Below, piece after piece: positions 52,982-64,000 of a stretch of 64,000 nucleotides of DNA. Numbering within the stretch: the stretch's first letter is position 1; each line of letters opens with the position of its first letter. Position numbers and translations under genes: made by a program. The stretch is from an uncultured Holophagales bacterium (GTDB lineage: Bacteria > Acidobacteriota > Thermoanaerobaculia > Multivoradales > UBA5704): NCBI GenBank assembly GCA_963842525.1, contig CAWJGT010000034.1:32001-96000 (forward strand), read 5' to 3'. Below the pieces are notes generated by a model. That model searched no databases. It was not told the DNA's origin and saw nothing but the letters and a program-made list of their open reading frames with translations.

Positions 52982-54460
52982 TCAGTCCCGGGCCGCAGTG
53001 CGCTGCCGCAGCCAGCTCACCACGCCGGCGACGCCGTAGCCGGTGGCCCCGGGGCGGGCTCCGTTTTTCTCGGGCTTGAGGTTGGCGACCCCGGCGATGT
53101 CGAGGTGGGCCCAGCTCCGGAGCGAGCCCACGAACTGGGACAGGAAGGCCGCCGCCGTGCTCGCACCGCCCCAGCGGCCCCCGGAGTTCCTCAGGTCGGC
53201 GTGGGTCCCCCGCATGTCCTCGAGGAACTCGGGATACAGGGGGAGCCGCCAGAGGCGCTCGCCGCTCTCGGCCGCCGCGGCGAGGAGCTCGGCGGCGATC
53301 CCGTCGTCCTTCGTGAAGAGGCCCGCCGCCTGGTGGCCGAGGGCGACGACGCAGCTCCCGGTGAGCGTCGACAGCTCGACCAGCGCCTCCGCCCCCTCTT
53401 CCACGGCCCAGGCCATGGCATCGGCCAGGATCAGCCGCCCCTCGGCGTCGGTGTTGGTGATCTCCACGGTCTTGCCGTTGTAGCAGCGGAGGATGTCGCC
53501 CGGGCGGTAGGCCTTGTCGCTCGGCATGTTCTCGGCGAGGGGGACGTAGACGCGCAGACGCACCGGCAGGCCGAGGTCGACCGCGGCGCGCGCGGCCCCC
53601 AGCACGGCGCAGGCGCCGCACTTGTCGTACTTCATCTCGTCCATGTCGGCGGCCGGCTTGATCGAGATGCCGCCGGTGTCGAAGGTGATTCCCTTGCCCA
53701 CCAGTGCGATCACCGGGCCGGTGTCTCCCCAGGAAAGACGGACCAGGCGCGGCGGCACCGCGGCGCCGGAGCCCACCGCCAGCAGGCCGCCCATGCCGCG
53801 GCGGCGCAGCTCGTCCTGGTCGAGCACCGTCACCTCCATGCCGCGGTCCGCCGCCAGCTCGCGGGCGCGCTCCTCCATCCAGGCCGGCGTCGCCTCGTTG
53901 GGCGGCGTATTGGCGAGGTCGCGGGCGAAGGCGACGGCTTCGGCCACGGGCCGGGCGAATGCGAGGGCCGTCCGCCAGGTCTCCACCTCCCCGTCCGGCG
54001 GGGCGACCGCCACCTGCTCCGGGCCTTCGGTCTTCTCGCCCTGGAAGCGGTCGAACGAGTAGCCGGCGAGAGCGATCGTGCGCAGGCACCGCTCCGCGGC
54101 GGGCCCGCCGGTGGTCTCGGCGTCCCGGGGCAGGAGGACGGTCATGCGGCGCACACCGCCCAACCGGGCGTCCTCGGCGACGCGGGCGGTCCACGCGGCG
54201 AGCGCCTGGAAGGTCCAGTCCGCACGCTTGCCGAGCCCGTAGAGCGCGACCAGGGGCCCGCCGGCGCCCGCATCGGTCTGGGCCACCTGCTCGTCCTTGC
54301 CCTTCCAGCCGTTGCGGCCGGCCAGGCGCTCCAGGGCCGAGCGCAGCTCGCCCTCCGTGCCCTCGAGGTCCGGAGCTTCTCCTTCGAAGCAGCCGGTGAC
54401 CACCAGATCCCCTTCCACACGTCCCCGAGGGACGACGACCAAAGATGCGAGCTCCGTCAT
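52982..54460 (-). CDS. pepA: Leucyl aminopeptidase (M17)
   Basis: [42 protein letters not shown]. Confidence 0.95.
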   Translation of the reverse strand: MTELASLVVVPRGRVEGDLVVTGCFEGEAPDLEGTEGELRSALERLAGRNGWKGKDEQVAQTDAGAGGPLVALYGLGKRADWTFQALAAWTARVAEDARLGGVRRMTVLLPRDAETTGGPAAERCLRTIALAGYSFDRFQGEKTEGPEQVAVAPPDGEVETWRTALAFARPVAEAVAFARDLANTPPNEATPAWMEERARELAADRGMEVTVLDQDELRRRGMGGLLAVGSGAAVPPRLVRLSWGDTGPVIALVGKGITFDTGGISIKPAADMDEMKYDKCGACAVLGAARAAVDLGLPVRLRVYVPLAENMPSDKAYRPGDILRCYNGKTVEITNTDAEGRLILADAMAWAVEEGAEALVELSTLTGSCVVALGHQAAGLFTKDDGIAAELLAAAAESGERLWRLPLYPEFLEDMRGTHADLRNSGGRWGGASTAAAFLSQFVGSLRSWAHLDIAGVANLKPEKNGARPGATGYGVAGVVSWLRQRTAARD

Positions 54461-54561
54461 GACATCTCTCTCCTCAAACAGCCCGGCGGCAGTTTACCAG
54501 GGGCGTGGGTGTGGTATACGTAACCCCTCCGTCTGCTCATCTTCGAACCGGACGCCGCGCC

Positions 54562-56589
54562 ATGAAATCGACGTCGCTCCTGCAGCTCCTGCATGGTCCT
54601 TTCAACTTCCTGCGACCCGACCCCGAAGAGGTGCGCCGGCTCTTTCCCGACCACGCGCAGACCCTGCCCATGCCGCGTGCCATCTTCCTGGAGGACGAGG
54701 GCGCGACACCCCTGCAAGGCTTTCCCGTCCTCGTCTCGGAGGGGATGACCGCGTTGCGCGAGGCTTTGCGGCAGTACGTGCTGGCCGAAGAGGCGGTGCA
54801 GCTCGCCGCCCTGCGACGGGAGCCGCACGACGTCAAAGCTTATAGTGCGGCGTGGGAACGCTATCGCGCCCTGCTCGCCCGCGCGGTCGAGAACGCCACG
54901 ATCTCCAGCTATGGCCGGCAGTATCCGGCCCTCTTCTGGCTCCATCACTCCCTGGAGGTGGCGCGGCTGCTCAAGGAGACCCCGAAGCGGCTCCTGCGCG
55001 AGGACACCGAGCTCGGCCGGCGGCACGGCGACGGCATCCGCTACCGCATCTTCGACCGCTTCCTCGACCGGGTGCTCTCCACCACCTACGACCTGGTCCA
55101 GAAGGTGGCCGGCGACACCGAAGAGGTCGAGGCAGAGCTCTTCCCGCGCCTGCTCAACCGCATGCGCGACAACGTGCTCATCTTCACCGAGGACTACATC
55201 GGGCGCGACCTCGCCGAGCTCGGGAGCTACTTCAACGGCTCGCTGCGCATCGACGGCCGCGACCTGCGCAACCGGCTCGACGAGCTGGCGCGCTGGCACA
55301 CCGAATCCCTGGCCACCGACCCCAGCCTCCAGAGCGTCGTCTCCCACCTGTTGCGGGCCGACCCGAAGACCGACGCCCGGGACCTGCTCATCCGGCCCGG
55401 CTACGTCTCCTACCTGGCGACGTCCAGGGGATACAACCCGTCCCGCCTGCTGCCGCCGCCCCTGGTCCAGGTCTGGGAGAGCCTGCTGCTCAAGCTCAAG
55501 GAGTTCGAGCTTCTGCACGCTCTGCGGCGCGCCATCCTGCCGGCCGAGCCGCGCGACGGCGTGCTCGTCTGCCGCGACGTGCCGGGGCTGCGCGGCAAGG
55601 TCCACCTCTCCAGCGCGACGCGGCCCATGGACTTCCTGGAGCCCTGGGTGATCGACCCCCGGGTCGAGCGTTTCGGGCTGATCTACGACATCAGCGACTT
55701 CTCCCAGACCCTCTCCGTCCTCCACCGGGCAGGAGCCGAGAGCCAGGACGAGGCCTTCCGCACCATGTTCCGCTTCCAGCGGCGGGTCCTTCACCTGGCG
55801 CTCTCCCACCGCACCAAGATGGAGAAGTACCTGGGCGACGGCGCCTTCTTCTCCGCCCGCGAGGCCCTCCGGCTGCTGGTCTGCTCGATCCACATCCAGC
55901 GCTACTACGTGCAGGCCCTGCAGGAGGGGCTGCCCTTCGACCGCGGCATGCGCATCGCGCTCAACTACGGCTCCTACCGCCTGATCCCCATGGGCGGCCT
56001 GCCGGAGGAGGGGGAGCGCTACGAGTTTTTCGGTCCCGGGCTGGTCGAGCTGTCGCGCCTGACGACCGGCAAGGCGACCCAGGAAGTGGAAGAGGTCAAG
56101 ATGACGCTGATCAGCCAGGGGTATCCCGAAGCCGCGGTCCACCGCTTCTTCGCGCCGCTGGCCTCCAAGAACGTCGACGTGGTGGACAAGCGGGAAGAGG
56201 CGCGCCGCTTCTATGCCTACATCAACCAGAACGGCACCCTGCACAACAACGGCATCGTTGCCACACACCCCTTCATGGTGCGGCTCGAGACGGAGCTGGG
56301 TACGCGTCCCCTCGCCCGCGGCACCGACGAGGACCGGCGCTATGTCGTCCTCGGCGTGGACGACGCCGGCGAGACGCTCCAGCTCGGCATCCGCAAGCTC
56401 GGCATGGCCCACTTGAAGGGGCTCGAGAAGCTCGCCGTCTACGAGATCGTCGACGGCGCGATGCTGGACGACCTGACCGCCCTCAAGGACGATTGCCTCG
56501 TCGCCGCGATCGATCGCGAGTTCGCCAGCACCATGTCCACCCGCCGCCAGCCCCGGCCCTCCCCGGTGCCGCGGATCGAAACAGCATAG
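54562..56589 (+). CDS. Large cytoplasmic protein with class III nucleotide-cyclase-like domain
   Basis: GLIYDISDFS, EKYLGDGAFF, MRIALNYG, FFGPGLVELSRL, preceded by a helical N-terminal region of about 360 aa. Confidence 0.65.
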   Translation: MKSTSLLQLLHGPFNFLRPDPEEVRRLFPDHAQTLPMPRAIFLEDEGATPLQGFPVLVSEGMTALREALRQYVLAEEAVQLAALRREPHDVKAYSAAWERYRALLARAVENATISSYGRQYPALFWLHHSLEVARLLKETPKRLLREDTELGRRHGDGIRYRIFDRFLDRVLSTTYDLVQKVAGDTEEVEAELFPRLLNRMRDNVLIFTEDYIGRDLAELGSYFNGSLRIDGRDLRNRLDELARWHTESLATDPSLQSVVSHLLRADPKTDARDLLIRPGYVSYLATSRGYNPSRLLPPPLVQVWESLLLKLKEFELLHALRRAILPAEPRDGVLVCRDVPGLRGKVHLSSATRPMDFLEPWVIDPRVERFGLIYDISDFSQTLSVLHRAGAESQDEAFRTMFRFQRRVLHLALSHRTKMEKYLGDGAFFSAREALRLLVCSIHIQRYYVQALQEGLPFDRGMRIALNYGSYRLIPMGGLPEEGERYEFFGPGLVELSRLTTGKATQEVEEVKMTLISQGYPEAAVHRFFAPLASKNVDVVDKREEARRFYAYINQNGTLHNNGIVATHPFMVRLETELGTRPLARGTDEDRRYVVLGVDDAGETLQLGIRKLGMAHLKGLEKLAVYEIVDGAMLDDLTALKDDCLVAAIDREFASTMSTRRQPRPSPVPRIETA

Positions 56590-56601
56590 ACTCTCCCCCC
56601 G

Positions 56602-57481
56602 ATGGAGCCGATGGAGCCCGTCCTCTGGCAGAGCAACCTCCCAGGGCTGCCGCCGCCGCGGCGGGGCAAGGTGCGGGACGTCTACGACCTGGGCGACAGC
56701 CTGCTCATCGTGGCGACCGACCGGCTGTCGGCCTACGACCACGTGTTGCAGCCGGGCATTCCGGGCAAGGGGAAGATCCTCAACCAGATCTCCAACTTCT
56801 GGTTCGACAAGCTGGACGACGTGGTGCCCAACCACCTGCTGGCGACCGATCCGGAGGACTTCCCGTCCGGGCTCGCCCCGTTCCGGGAGATGCTGCGCGG
56901 CCGGACAGTCCTGGTGCGCAAGGCGCGGGTGGTGCCCTTCGAGTGTGTGGCGCGCGGCTACCTGGCGGGGAGCGGCTTCCGCGAATACAGCGCCGCCGGC
57001 CGGGTCTGCGGCATCGAGCTCCCTCCCGGCCTCGACCGTGCGAGCCGCCTCCCCCACCCCATCTTCACCCCGGCCACCAAGGCCGAGGCCGGCCACGACG
57101 AGAACATCGATTTCGCCACCGTCGAAGAGGCCATGGGTCCTGACCTCGCCGCCACCCTGCGCAGCCTCACCCTGGATCTCTACGAACGGGGAGCGGCCCA
57201 CGCGGCCGCAAAGGACCTGATCCTCGCCGACACCAAATTCGAATTCGGCTTCGCGGACGACGGCCGGCTCCTCCTGATCGACGAGGTCCTGACCCCCGAC
57301 TCCTCGCGCTACTGGGACGTCGTCCACTGGCAGCCCGGCCGCGAGCCCGCCTCCTTCGACAAGCAGTTCGTGCGCAACTGGCTCGACGAGAGCGGCTGGG
57401 ACAAGGAATCCCCCCCGCCGGTCCTTCCCGAGGACGTCGTCCAGGGCACCCGCGACCGCTACATTGAAGCCTTCCGCCGCC

Positions 57482-57508
<27 letters not shown>
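56602..57508 (+). CDS. purC: SAICAR synthetase (true stop probably TGA 57506-57508; the ORF reads on to 57771)
   Basis: RGKVRDVY, ATDRLSAYD, ECVARGYLAGSG, DTKFEFG, DEVLTPDSSRYW, SFDKQFVR. Confidence 0.94.
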
Positions 57509-58477
<969 letters not shown>

Positions 58478-58596
58478 CGGGTGGATGATAGCTCACCACC
58501 GGCTTTCAGAGCTGTGTCGTCGTAGACAATCCTTGATGAATCATCATATAATCAATATGTAGGTGTCCTGCCTCGCGGGTGTGAAAAGGAGAGCGC

Positions 58597-61500
58597 TTGC
58601 CTTCCCATCGTTCTCTTTGTCTGTATCTTGCTCTGCTGGCGACTGCTTCCATGGCGGCCGCTTCGTCCGGACCAAGCCGTCTGCGCATTGAGGTGGTGGC
58701 CGCGGGCGGCCGGGCGATCCCGGAGGAACGGTACCTTGCCGTCGTCCCGGAGGACCGTCCCTGGGAGGAACCTCTCCGGGAGGCGGTCGTCCCAGCGGAT
58801 GCGGCGGCGCCACCGGGCTGGGAAATCCCCCCCGGGCGCTACCGCGTGGTGTGCTCAGCTCGTGGTCATGAGGTGGCTTACCAGCCTGCCTTCGATCTCG
58901 TTTCCGGAGCAGAACGGACTGAGCATTGCGCTCTGCGACGACTGGTCGAGGTCTCCGGCCGGATCGTGTCGTCCCCCGTTGACCGCCCGTTTGCCGGCGG
59001 GAAAATTGGTCTTCCTCATGCATTTCTGACCGATTTTTCTCTGAAGCTCAGCCCTCTCGGGGAATCCTTTACGGGGCCTGACCGGCTCGGAGAATCCGAC
59101 GCCGAAGGGCGTTTCCGCCTCCTCGGCCTCCCTGGCCACAAGTCGGCGGTCTGGATCGAGGCAGAAGGGTTTGCACCGGAGTACCTGCCAAACGTGCTGT
59201 TCCCGGCGGGAGGAGGTGACCTGGGCACGGTCCGGCTCGCCCCCGGGGGTATCCTCGAGGTGACGGTCGACCTCCCCCCCGGATTTCCGGCCGCGCTGTA
59301 TTCGCTGGTCCTCCGCCCGCGGGCTAGGGCCAGTACAGACGAGGTGCGGGACGGCCTCGCGCAACGGATCTGGGAGCGGCCGGTTGCCCACGGGCTGCCG
59401 GCGCGCTGGATGTCGCTCCCGGTGGGAACCTACGACGTCTGGTTGAAGGGATCGGCCCAAGGAGATCATCAGATCCTGCCGATCGAGCTGGGTGCGGTGG
59501 ACCTCCGGCCGGAGAGGCGCTCCGTGAAGCTCGCTCTTCCCCCGGGAGCGCTGCCGGTGTCGGGATCTGCCCCGGCTCCTGCGCCGGCCGAGGGCGAGCT
59601 CCGGTTGATCTCGGAGTCCTCTCCCCGTCCGGAGGAACGCTTCGGGATCCGGCGGTGGCATGGGGACAAAGTGGAAGAAGGGTCCGTAACGTGGCGCAAG
59701 GCAAGTGCGGGCGGCCTGTTTCTGGTTGCCGGCTGCCGGCCGGGGCTCACCCTCGTCCTCCAGAGCGCCGAGCGGGTTTCGTCTCCTGTCGTGATCGGGC
59801 CCGAGGACTGTGCGAAAGGCCGGACCCTGCGGATCACCCTTCACGCGGCCGCCGAGCTGAAGGGGGTGATGCAGCCTCCCACCGGCAGCCCCAGGCCGCA
59901 GCGAGCCCGCCTCCGCGCGGCCCTCTGTGCGGAGCGCCCGCAGCTCCTGGGAAAGCCGGCCGGCGAGTATCCATTCCTCGTCGCCGCGGACGGCCGGTGG
60001 TCCGTGAAGGTGCCGGCGCCCTGCCTCGACGCTACCCTCCTGGCCGGTGATTTCGCTCCGCACACGTGGCCGGGCGTCAAAGTCGAGCGCGGGAAGAGCC
60101 TCGATCTCGGGACCCAGAGCCTGACCTGGGGGGCCGCGCTCCTGGCACGGCTCGTGTCCGATGCCGATAGCCTGCCCGTCGAAGGTGCGCGGGCTGAGGT
60201 CGTCCGCGAGGCGGAGCTTGGGAAGACGGTCGCGGCCACCTTCTCCGGCCAGGAAGCCCCGGTGGTGGCCGCCGGCCTCACGGGAAGGGGCGGCTGGGTC
60301 CGCCTGGCGGGGTTGCCCGCAGGCGAGTTCCACCTCCGCGTCACTCCGCGCGACGGGCTCCCGACCTTCAGCGAGCACTTCGAGCTGGCTCCACGCCTGG
60401 AGACGCTCCTCGGGGAAGTGAGGATTCCGCCGCCGGCGGAGCTGAGCGTGGCCCTGCAGCCGAGCCCTGACCTGGCGGCCGAATTCGGCGAGTACCAGGT
60501 CGGGTTGGAGGGAGTTGGCCCGCCGGAATGGCTCAAGGCGGTGAGGTCCAGCGCGAAAGCGGACGAGAGCGGAGTCGTACGCTTCCCACGGCTCGCACCA
60601 GGGCGGTGGCGGGTTGTGGCCTTCGGCCGAAGCTCGGGCCCGCCGCAGGTTCTGGGCAAGGAAGAAGTGCAGCTTGCCCCAGGGGCTGCGGAGACCCTGA
60701 CTCTGGAGTTGAGCCGGAGCCTTTATCGAGGCCGGGTCACCTGGCGCGGTGAGCCCATCGAGGCCTCGGTCGACCTGCGGCCGGCAGCGCTCGACGGGCG
60801 ACAGCCAGGCCGCACCTACTCGGACGCCGAGGGGGTCTTTTCCGTCGCGCTCGATCAGGGCGGGGAGTACTCCGTCATCGTCCACCATCTTCAGGGGAAG
60901 GCGCACGGCACGATCCCGTCCGTCGTCTTTGACGATCCCTCGGAGGTCGTGGAGGTCCGCCTGCCCGAAGGCCGGATCGCGGGGTCGGTTATCGACTCCG
61001 AGGGCCAGTCTGTCAGGGATGCTTCAGTCCGCGCGGAGCCCATAGCGAACCGCTTTGCAGCGCCCCCGCCTCAACAGCAGGCGCGGAGCCGCGAGCAGGG
61101 CATTTACGAGTTGGAGGGGCTGGCGGCCGGCGAGTGGCTGGTTTCGGCGCGGGCCGGCGAGCAGGAGGCCGACGCGGTGCTCGTCGAGCTCGCTGACGGG
61201 GAGTCCCGGAGCGGCGTCAAGCTCGTGGTCCCGGCAGTGGACCGGCTGACCGGCCGTGTGGTGACGGCCGGGGGCCAGCCGGTCTCTGGAGCCAGAGGGA
61301 GCATCGAGGTCCTGCGCGAGGAATCAGCCGGCTGGCCGCATTCGGTCTCGTTCACCACCCAGATGGACGGGCAGTTCGAAGCCACGGCTGCCGTTCCTCC
61401 CGGGGCTCTCGTCAATGTCGTGGTCGAGGCCCAAGGATATCCAGTCACCTCCGTCCGAAAACCGGCGGCGGATAGTCTGGAAATCGTCCTGCCGCAGGCA

Positions 61501-61824
61501 GGGGGAGCGGTCGAGCTGGCCCTGGAGGACACGACATGGCGCGAGGTGCGCCCCTTTGGCCTGTACTTGGTGGCGCGTGATGGGTCGTATCTCAGCCTGC
61601 GCAGCGCGGGCTGGCAGCGGCGGTCCGACACCGCAGGCAGCATCCCCCTTCTCGCTGCCGGGCATTGGGTGCTTGTGAAAGTCGATTCTCTGGCTGGCCA
61701 GCACATGCTTGCGGCGGGCGCCGGCAGGGGCCTTCCGGTTCTCACGGAATTCGAAGTCAGGGCGGGAGGGGCCGTACGAGTCGAGATCCCGGGTCCTCCG
61801 CGATCGCCGAGCGGCGGATCCTGA
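58597..61824 (+). CDS. Large secreted protein with multiple carboxypeptidase-regulatory-like (beta-sandwich) repeats
   Basis: Signal peptide and repeated GRV...G.PV.GA / SDAEGRF / LAPGRW motifs. Confidence 0.78.
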   Translation: MPSHRSLCLYLALLATASMAAASSGPSRLRIEVVAAGGRAIPEERYLAVVPEDRPWEEPLREAVVPADAAAPPGWEIPPGRYRVVCSARGHEVAYQPAFDLVSGAERTEHCALRRLVEVSGRIVSSPVDRPFAGGKIGLPHAFLTDFSLKLSPLGESFTGPDRLGESDAEGRFRLLGLPGHKSAVWIEAEGFAPEYLPNVLFPAGGGDLGTVRLAPGGILEVTVDLPPGFPAALYSLVLRPRARASTDEVRDGLAQRIWERPVAHGLPARWMSLPVGTYDVWLKGSAQGDHQILPIELGAVDLRPERRSVKLALPPGALPVSGSAPAPAPAEGELRLISESSPRPEERFGIRRWHGDKVEEGSVTWRKASAGGLFLVAGCRPGLTLVLQSAERVSSPVVIGPEDCAKGRTLRITLHAAAELKGVMQPPTGSPRPQRARLRAALCAERPQLLGKPAGEYPFLVAADGRWSVKVPAPCLDATLLAGDFAPHTWPGVKVERGKSLDLGTQSLTWGAALLARLVSDADSLPVEGARAEVVREAELGKTVAATFSGQEAPVVAAGLTGRGGWVRLAGLPAGEFHLRVTPRDGLPTFSEHFELAPRLETLLGEVRIPPPAELSVALQPSPDLAAEFGEYQVGLEGVGPPEWLKAVRSSAKADESGVVRFPRLAPGRWRVVAFGRSSGPPQVLGKEEVQLAPGAAETLTLELSRSLYRGRVTWRGEPIEASVDLRPAALDGRQPGRTYSDAEGVFSVALDQGGEYSVIVHHLQGKAHGTIPSVVFDDPSEVVEVRLPEGRIAGSVIDSEGQSVRDASVRAEPIANRFAAPPPQQQARSREQGIYELEGLAAGEWLVSARAGEQEADAVLVELADGESRSGVKLVVPAVDRLTGRVVTAGGQPVSGARGSIEVLREESAGWPHSVSFTTQMDGQFEATAAVPPGALVNVVVEAQGYPVTSVRKPAADSLEIVLPQAGGAVELALEDTTWREVRPFGLYLVARDGSYLSLRSAGWQRRSDTAGSIPLLAAGHWVLVKVDSLAGQHMLAAGAGRGLPVLTEFEVRAGGAVRVEIPGPPRSPSGGS

Positions 61825-61841
61825 CCAGAAAGGAGGAGTGG

Positions 61842-62246
61842 ATGAGATGCCATGCGAGAAGAGTGGTTGGGCTCCTTTTGTTGGCCTTTCTCGCCCAACC
61901 TGCCATGCTCAGGGCCTATTCCTGGTGCGAGTCCTGTTATCACTACCGAGGTGGACCGGGCGGTTGGGACCAGCAGGCGCAATGCTGTATTTCTGGGACC
62001 TATCATTGCGATCTGCTCGCAGACGAGGACGACGCATACTTGGTCTTTGAAGGTAGAGAGATCTGTACGATCGTGACCGTCGAGTTCGGCTACGCCTGTG
62101 CAGGCTGGGGCACCTGCAGTGACGGAGGTGGCGGCGGTGGAGGTGGTGGTGGCGGGGGTGGTGGCGGTGGCGGTGGGAGCTGTACGCAGGCTCCCGGAGG
62201 CTGGTGCCCCGCCGAGTGTTTCTCGTGCGAGCCTGCCGCCTTCTGA
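61842..62246 (+). CDS. Secreted Cys-rich small protein with poly-Gly linker
   Basis: RBS AAGGAGG, signal peptide, 8-Cys domain, long Gly run, then CTQAPGGWCPAECFSC. Confidence 0.78.
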   Translation: MRCHARRVVGLLLLAFLAQPAMLRAYSWCESCYHYRGGPGGWDQQAQCCISGTYHCDLLADEDDAYLVFEGREICTIVTVEFGYACAGWGTCSDGGGGGGGGGGGGGGGGGGSCTQAPGGWCPAECFSCEPAAF

Positions 62247-62251
62247 TCGTA

Positions 62252-64000
62252 GTGCGCCAGAGGGAGAGGCCCATTCCCCGGCTCTCCCGCCGGCCCTTGT
62301 GCGGCCTTGCGATTGGCCTCCTTGTGGCGGGAGCCGTCCTGGGAGAAGATCTCTTCTCGCCTCTATCGCCCCGCCCGCTTCTGAGACTCCCTGAGGGAAG
62401 CCGCGGCATGCCCTGGATGGCCACGGTCGCAGCGGCTCCCGACAACCGGTCCGCAGCGGTCTGGGTGGAGAAAGGTGAAGAGGCCGGAAAGGCGCGGATC
62501 CAGGGCAGGCTCTTCGACGCCCGGCTGCGCCCTGCCGGCAAGCTTTTCCCCATTTTCCAAGCCGGCTTCCGGTGCTGGGGTAAGCTCGCCGCGGCGTTCC
62601 TCGGTCCTGAACGTTTCGTCGTCCTCGAGACCTGCCATTCCGGCGAGGAGGATGGTGAGCACATCTTCGCCCGGCTCTTTGACGGCGACGGCGCTCCTCG
62701 GGGAGAACCATTCCGCATCCATGCCGAGGCTTTCGGGGCACAGCGGCGTCCCCGGGTCGCGGCCTGCGGCAGCGACCGGTTCGTGACCGTCTGGGAGAGC
62801 GAAGGCGAGGACGGCTCGGGCTGGGGGGTGTTCGGCCGCATCTTCTCGGCGGCGGGCCGGCCGCTCACCGAACCGTTCGCACTCCATGAGCCGACCCGCC
62901 TCGATCAGCTACAGCCGGAAGTTGCCTGCACGGACTCTGGCCGGTTCCTGACGGTCTGGAGTGGAGACGGAGGGCGAGGCGGCGCTGCGATCTTCGCCCG
63001 CTGGTTCGAGGCCGATGGCACCTCTGCCGGCCCGGAGCTGCGGGTGAGCTCCGGCCGCGGCGGCGACCCTGAGCTCCCCGACGTTGCGCTGCTGCCGGAC
63101 GGCGGCTTTGCCGCGGTGTGGCGCTCGGCTGACGGCGCCCTCATCCGCCGTTTCGACGCCGCCGGGAGAACGGCCGGCGAGGAACTGCGCTTCGACAGCC
63201 CGGGACCGGTACGCTCGCTCCTCGAATATGGTCCCAGGATCGCGGCCGGCCCCGGCGGCCAACTCCTCGTCGTCTGGCACGCATTTGGCCCGTCCCGCGT
63301 CTTCGGCCGTTTTGTCGACGGCGAGAGGAACCTGCCTCTGGAGGCGGCGTTTCCCTTGGATGGAGCTTCCGGATGGCAGGACCTCCCCGATGTCAGTCCG
63401 GCGCCAGATGGCGGCTTTCTTGTCTCCTGGGTGGCGGCAACGGAAGGGGGAGGCCCCCGGGAAGCTCCGGGCGCGACGCGTTCCGTCCCCGGACTCCAGG
63501 AGCCGTCCTCTGACCCCGGAAGAGGTCGCTTGCGAAGCACAACGTCTGGAGGCTACCCTGTCGAGGCTGGCTTTCTCGCCGGCCGGTGGGCTGTCGGGAG
63601 CGGTGCTCTTTCCGGGAGAGGACAGCGTCCTTGTGGGGCGGGTCCATGCCGGCGAGCCCCATGTGAACCGCGCTTTCATGCTTGACCTGAACGGGAAAGT
63701 CATTTTGGAGACCGTGCCGGAGGCGCAGGCCGTTCTGCAGGTGGAATGGATCCCGCCGGAGGGTAAAAAAACGGATCGGGGACCTGAGCCGGCTTGTCAC
63801 TCGTATTTGACCGCGCGTGACCGATCGCGCGCCGAGTGGCTCGCTCGCCGGCTCCGCCCACGCGGCTCTGCGGACTCCCTGGCCCTGGCGGTCTATCGTG
63901 GGGAGGGCGTCGATACCTTCCGGCTCGACCTCTATCCCCGTGATGTGAAGAGGAGGGCGCTGGGGCGGCTGGCCGCCGAGGCTCGGGTATTCTGTGATCA
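62252..64000 (+). CDS. Secreted beta-repeat (propeller-like) protein; likely frameshift near 63465, continues off the window
   Basis: Signal-like N-terminus and repeats of P.VA...G.F..VW......IFARxFDA.G. After about 63470 another frame stays open to the window end. Confidence 0.65.

Overview
High-GC bacterial chromosome segment. Gene content (fused LptF/G, long LptC/A, a second ParA/ParB pair, ECF-TPR pairs, CarboxypepD_reg-type secreted proteins) suggests Acidobacteriota, probably Thermoanaerobaculia-like; this is inference. It carries a DnaJ/CbpA chaperone with a HAIR-like operator, dnaB with a 429-aa LAGLIDADG intein, alr, mlaE/F/D, two ECF sigma + Zn-finger/TPR pairs flanking a secreted-peptide gene, ndh, lptFG, queD, parAB, miaB, an rpoN-PTS(Ntr)-hprK-rapZ cluster, lptB/lptCA, recJ, accA, priA, a decayed AAA/TIR patch with 21-bp periodic arrays, carD, tRNA-Leu(CAA), a TolC-Yip1-MacAB exporter, pepA, a cyclase-like protein, purC, ctaA and a secreted-protein cluster. 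Many essential genes are frameshifted, most densely at 17-31 kb, which most likely reflects long-read indel errors. Top candidate system: a dif-like XerCD site (20076-20103), near where gene orientation converges, lies immediately downstream of a divergent parAB pair, and a parS-sized perfect palindrome (TGTCGGCGCGCCGACA) occurs upstream of parA and again 15 kb away. Together these suggest a terminus-linked ParABS-like system. Second candidate: a peptide / TPR anti-sigma / ECF sigma signalling cassette (11.5-15.9 kb).
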